DNA from: an uncultured Verrucomicrobiae bacterium
Lineage (GTDB): Bacteria > Verrucomicrobiota > Verrucomicrobiia > Limisphaerales > CAVQOW01
Assembly (NCBI GenBank): GCA_963714605.1
Contig: CAVQOW010000016.1
Location: forward strand, 6,845-70,844
Reading direction: 5' to 3'
Length of the DNA: 64,000 nt
Numbering within the stretch: the stretch's first letter is position 1; each line of letters starts with the position of its first letter. The notes below the pieces were generated by a model. That model was not told the origin of the DNA and did not search any database. It saw nothing but the letters and a program-made list of their open reading frames with translations. Of the stretch, positions 61,460-64,000 are shown one piece after another. The position numbers were made by a program, and so were the translations under genes.

Positions 61460-62011
61460 GTGAACGGGGACGAAACATCGGATTGGGGCGAAAAGCTCTA
61501 CGAAGCAAAGGCGGCGGAGCTGATTCTTTACGGCCGCGCGCTCGGCCTGAGTCACGCCGAGGCGGAAGACGTTTTGCAGGAAACGTTCCTCGTGCTGATG
61601 CAAAAGCCACAGCCGCCACTCCGGCCGGCACACTATTGCGTGCGGAGTTTCAGAAATCGCGCGTTGAATTATCGCCGATCGCTCTGGCGCCGGATGACGC
61701 GCGAACTGGAAGCCAGACGGTGGTTTGAAAAATCGCCGTCGGAGAGTCCCGACGAGCGTGTGGCAATGCGTTGCCTGGCTGAACTGCCGGTGGAACAGCG
61801 CGAGGTCATCGTGCTGAAAATCTGGCACGGCTGCACCTTCGAGGAGATTGCCGAGTTGCTGGAAATTCCGCCCAACACGGCTTCGGGCCGGTATCGTTAC
61901 GGTTTGCAGAAAATCAGACTCCGATTGGAAGGAGCAAATTATGAAAGAGATGAATCTGTCAGAAACCCGGTTGCATTCATGGCAACCGCGTCGCCCCTCG
62001 GCGGGACTTAA
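61460..62011 (+). CDS. ECF-type RNA polymerase sigma-70 factor
   Basis: Region 2 is AEDVLQETFLVLM. Region 4 is LPVEQREVIVLKIWHGCTFEEIAELLEIPPNTASGRYRYGLQKIR. GTG start. Confidence 0.85.
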   Translation: MNGDETSDWGEKLYEAKAAELILYGRALGLSHAEAEDVLQETFLVLMQKPQPPLRPAHYCVRSFRNRALNYRRSLWRRMTRELEARRWFEKSPSESPDERVAMRCLAELPVEQREVIVLKIWHGCTFEEIAELLEIPPNTASGRYRYGLQKIRLRLEGANYERDESVRNPVAFMATASPLGGT

Positions 62012-62318
62012 ACACCGCATTTTTGTCGCGCCACCGGTCACCCTCCATATCGGGGCGTGGACGCTGCGGTGTCTGGCGCCGGCTACAGCTTGTTTGCTGG
62101 TTGTATTGGCGGTGCTCAATCATGGCAGCAGCGTTCCCGGCGGCCCCGCGCGGCATGACTTTTTCGTGGGTATGATCGGGAGCAACCAGATTGCGTATTT
62201 GCCGGGCAATTATCAGCAGGAACAAAACTGCTATTCACCCCTCACTTTTGAATGGACAAATCGTGGCGGTTCCGTTCCAAGTATAGGCTCTTTTTCGCCG
62301 AACAAGGCGAAAAATTGA
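61941..62318 (+). CDS. putative anti-sigma factor (single-pass membrane protein)
   Basis: ATG preceded by GGAG. It has a short cytoplasmic segment, then a TM helix (CLAPATACLLVVLAVL). Its position is directly after the ECF sigma gene. Confidence 0.5.
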   Translation: MKEMNLSETRLHSWQPRRPSAGLKHRIFVAPPVTLHIGAWTLRCLAPATACLLVVLAVLNHGSSVPGGPARHDFFVGMIGSNQIAYLPGNYQQEQNCYSPLTFEWTNRGGSVPSIGSFSPNKAKN

Positions 62319-62324
62319 TCACGC

Positions 62325-64000
62325 ATGGGAAAAGCAGTCAATAAACCAAAACAAGCCACGCCGGCCACGGCGAGTGCGAAAGCGCCCCCGCCAGTCGCGC
62401 CACCGGTGCGCGTGCCTCCGCTGTTCCGCGCCATCGACTGGTTGACGCTGGCCATCACTGTGGCGGTGGTGTGGACGACCTACTTCGTGATGTTGGCTAC
62501 CGAGCTGACATTGGAGGACTCCGGCGAACTGGTGACGGGTTCCTTTTATGCCGGAATTCCTCATCCGCCCGGTTATCCGGTGTGGACGATGTACAGCTGG
62601 CTTTGGACGACGTTGCTGAAAGTGGGCAGCATCGAATGGCGGGTGGCAGTGGGTCAAGCCACCTCCGGCGCGCTGGCCTGCGGTCTCATTGCCCTCATGG
62701 TTTCCCGCGGCAGCAGCATGCTCATGGAAGGCATCGAGGAGCTGAAAAACATGACCGGCAGATGGGAAAACGCCATTTGCATCGTCTCGGGCTGTGTCGC
62801 GGGTTTGCTGGTGGGCTACGACGGTTTCATGTGGGGCGAGTCGGTTGTCGTGAATCGCATTGCTGTGTTCAGTGTCCCGTGGTTTATGATGGTGCTGCTC
62901 TGCCTGTTGCGGTGGATTTACGCGCCGCATCAAACGCGTTATATCTACTGGGCGCTTTTTCTCTACGGCATTTGCATCACCACTCACCAAAGCCTGCTCG
63001 TGGCGTCCATCGGCATCGAGGTCACTCTCGCAGCCGGCAATCCCCGGCTGGGACGTGACGTGTTCCTCGGCAATTTTGTCATTTACATGATTTACAATCT
63101 GGTTTTGCTTGCGACCGGCCAGCAGATTTTCCAAAACATCGCCGCCAAGCCAGGATTGCTCATCCTCTTCCACGCCGTCGGATTGGGCTCACTTATTGTC
63201 AGCGGTTGGCTGGCGGTCTGGACAAAGACGAAAGGCATCGAAATTGGGCGTAACCTGGCCTTGCTCGCGGCGGTCGGATCCTTCGTGCTCATGTTCCTCT
63301 ACAGCGGCAAGGATTCCGGTTTGTTTGTGGCGTTTGGCGTTGCTGGTGTGGCTGCCGTCGGGCTGTTCATTTATCTCGCCTGGAAAACATGGCATTTGGG
63401 AAGAGAGTGGCTGGTGGTGACAATCATGGGCCTTCTTTGGATTCTGGGTGTCTCGTTCTATTTTTACATGCCCGTTTCGGGCATGACCAATCCTCCCATG
63501 CAATGGGGTTATCCACGCACGGTCGAAGGGTTCTTCCACGCCCTGACCCGCGGTCAGTACGAACAGCCCAGCCCCACCAATGTCTTTGCCGACCCCGGCC
63601 GGTTCATTGGCCAGTTGGGGATGCTCATCGGGGGCACCGCCGACGAGTACACCTGGGTGTTCATTCTTATCGCACTGGTGCCATTCTTGTTTTTCTTCAA
63701 GCTGCAAAAACGTGAGCGGGTCTGGCTCATCTGTCTCACCGCGATCTATCTCTGCGTTGGCGTGCTGCTGCTGATCCTGCTGAACCCGTCACCCGACCTT
63801 GCCTCGTCAGACCTCATCAAGGTGTTTCTCATCTCCTCCCATACGATTGTCGCCATTCTCATCGGCTACGGATTGGCGCTGATCGCCGCGTATATGGCGA
63901 CGCATTACCAAAGGTTCCGTCGCTGGGGATTGCTCGGCGGTGGCGTCGCCACGTTGCTGGCGCTGTATTCGCTGATGAATACGACCGCCAAACACTACTT
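62325..64000 (+). CDS. DUF2723-family polytopic membrane protein (glycosyltransferase-like), 3' end outside the window
   Basis: Frame 3 is open from ATG 62325 to the window end and is absent from the ORF track only because it is incomplete. It reads DSGELVTGSFYAGIPHPPGYPVWTMYSWLW... with many TM helices. Confidence 0.8.
   Translation, partial: MGKAVNKPKQATPATASAKAPPPVAPPVRVPPLFRAIDWLTLAITVAVVWTTYFVMLATELTLEDSGELVTGSFYAGIPHPPGYPVWTMYSWLWTTLLKVGSIEWRVAVGQATSGALACGLIALMVSRGSSMLMEGIEELKNMTGRWENAICIVSGCVAGLLVGYDGFMWGESVVVNRIAVFSVPWFMMVLLCLLRWIYAPHQTRYIYWALFLYGICITTHQSLLVASIGIEVTLAAGNPRLGRDVFLGNFVIYMIYNLVLLATGQQIFQNIAAKPGLLILFHAVGLGSLIVSGWLAVWTKTKGIEIGRNLALLAAVGSFVLMFLYSGKDSGLFVAFGVAGVAAVGLFIYLAWKTWHLGREWLVVTIMGLLWILGVSFYFYMPVSGMTNPPMQWGYPRTVEGFFHALTRGQYEQPSPTNVFADPGRFIGQLGMLIGGTADEYTWVFILIALVPFLFFFKLQKRERVWLICLTAIYLCVGVLLLILLNPSPDLASSDLIKVFLISSHTIVAILIGYGLALIAAYMATHYQRFRRWGLLGGGVATLLALYSLMNTTAKHY

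Noticed and set aside
62319-63173. 284-aa minus-strand ORF
   Set aside because: It is antisense to the DUF2723 membrane-protein frame. That frame is open to the window end and has a convincing family signature.
1-64000. tRNA, rRNA or other structured RNA genes in the intergenic regions
   Set aside because: I recognised no cloverleaf-like or rRNA-like sequence by eye in the larger spacers (7009-7235, 21996-22473, 31734-31924, 51384-51984, 61189-61459). This is a limit of manual inspection, not proof of absence.

Overview
This is a GC-rich bacterial chromosome segment. I infer Verrucomicrobiota, based on a GloVer-repeat protein, giant LamG/Ig/PATR surface proteins, a DUF2723 protein and the style of REP-like repeats. 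The backbone is housekeeping: hflX, radC, lpxA, a GspE/PilB-type ATPase, a GH13 amylase fused to a glycogen-debranching module, a SMUG1-type UDG, recG, guaA, a GT9, a GH130 + GT4 pair, H+-PPase, peroxiredoxin, PduO-type adenosyltransferase, an amidase, thiE, a phosphofructokinase, mdh, xerC/D, topA, trpE, hisI, an ECF sigma/anti-sigma pair and DUF2723. Accessory and mobile content: RelE, HicAB and a YafQ remnant. An IS5-family element sits, with a CTAA(A) duplication, in the signal-peptide codons of a giant adhesin gene. There is an intact IS3-family element with no target duplication, lying between two truncated genes. Two identical 152-bp MITE-like elements lie inside toxin genes. An MmeI-family R-M gene has had its core replaced by a putative nuclease gene plus a beta-class methyltransferase gene. 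The most unusual sequence-level signal is a set of short arrays of 7-bp tandem repeats (4-6 units, a different unit each time), some arranged as inverted pairs. Several are translated in-frame inside conserved enzymes (recG, thiE, debranching enzyme). About 35 reading-frame breaks, all small indels with no in-frame stops, are strongly clustered (pilB locus, topA). I treat them as probable consensus errors until reads say otherwise. I recognised no rRNA, tRNA or CRISPR. All calls come from hand translation and remembered family motifs; no searches were run.
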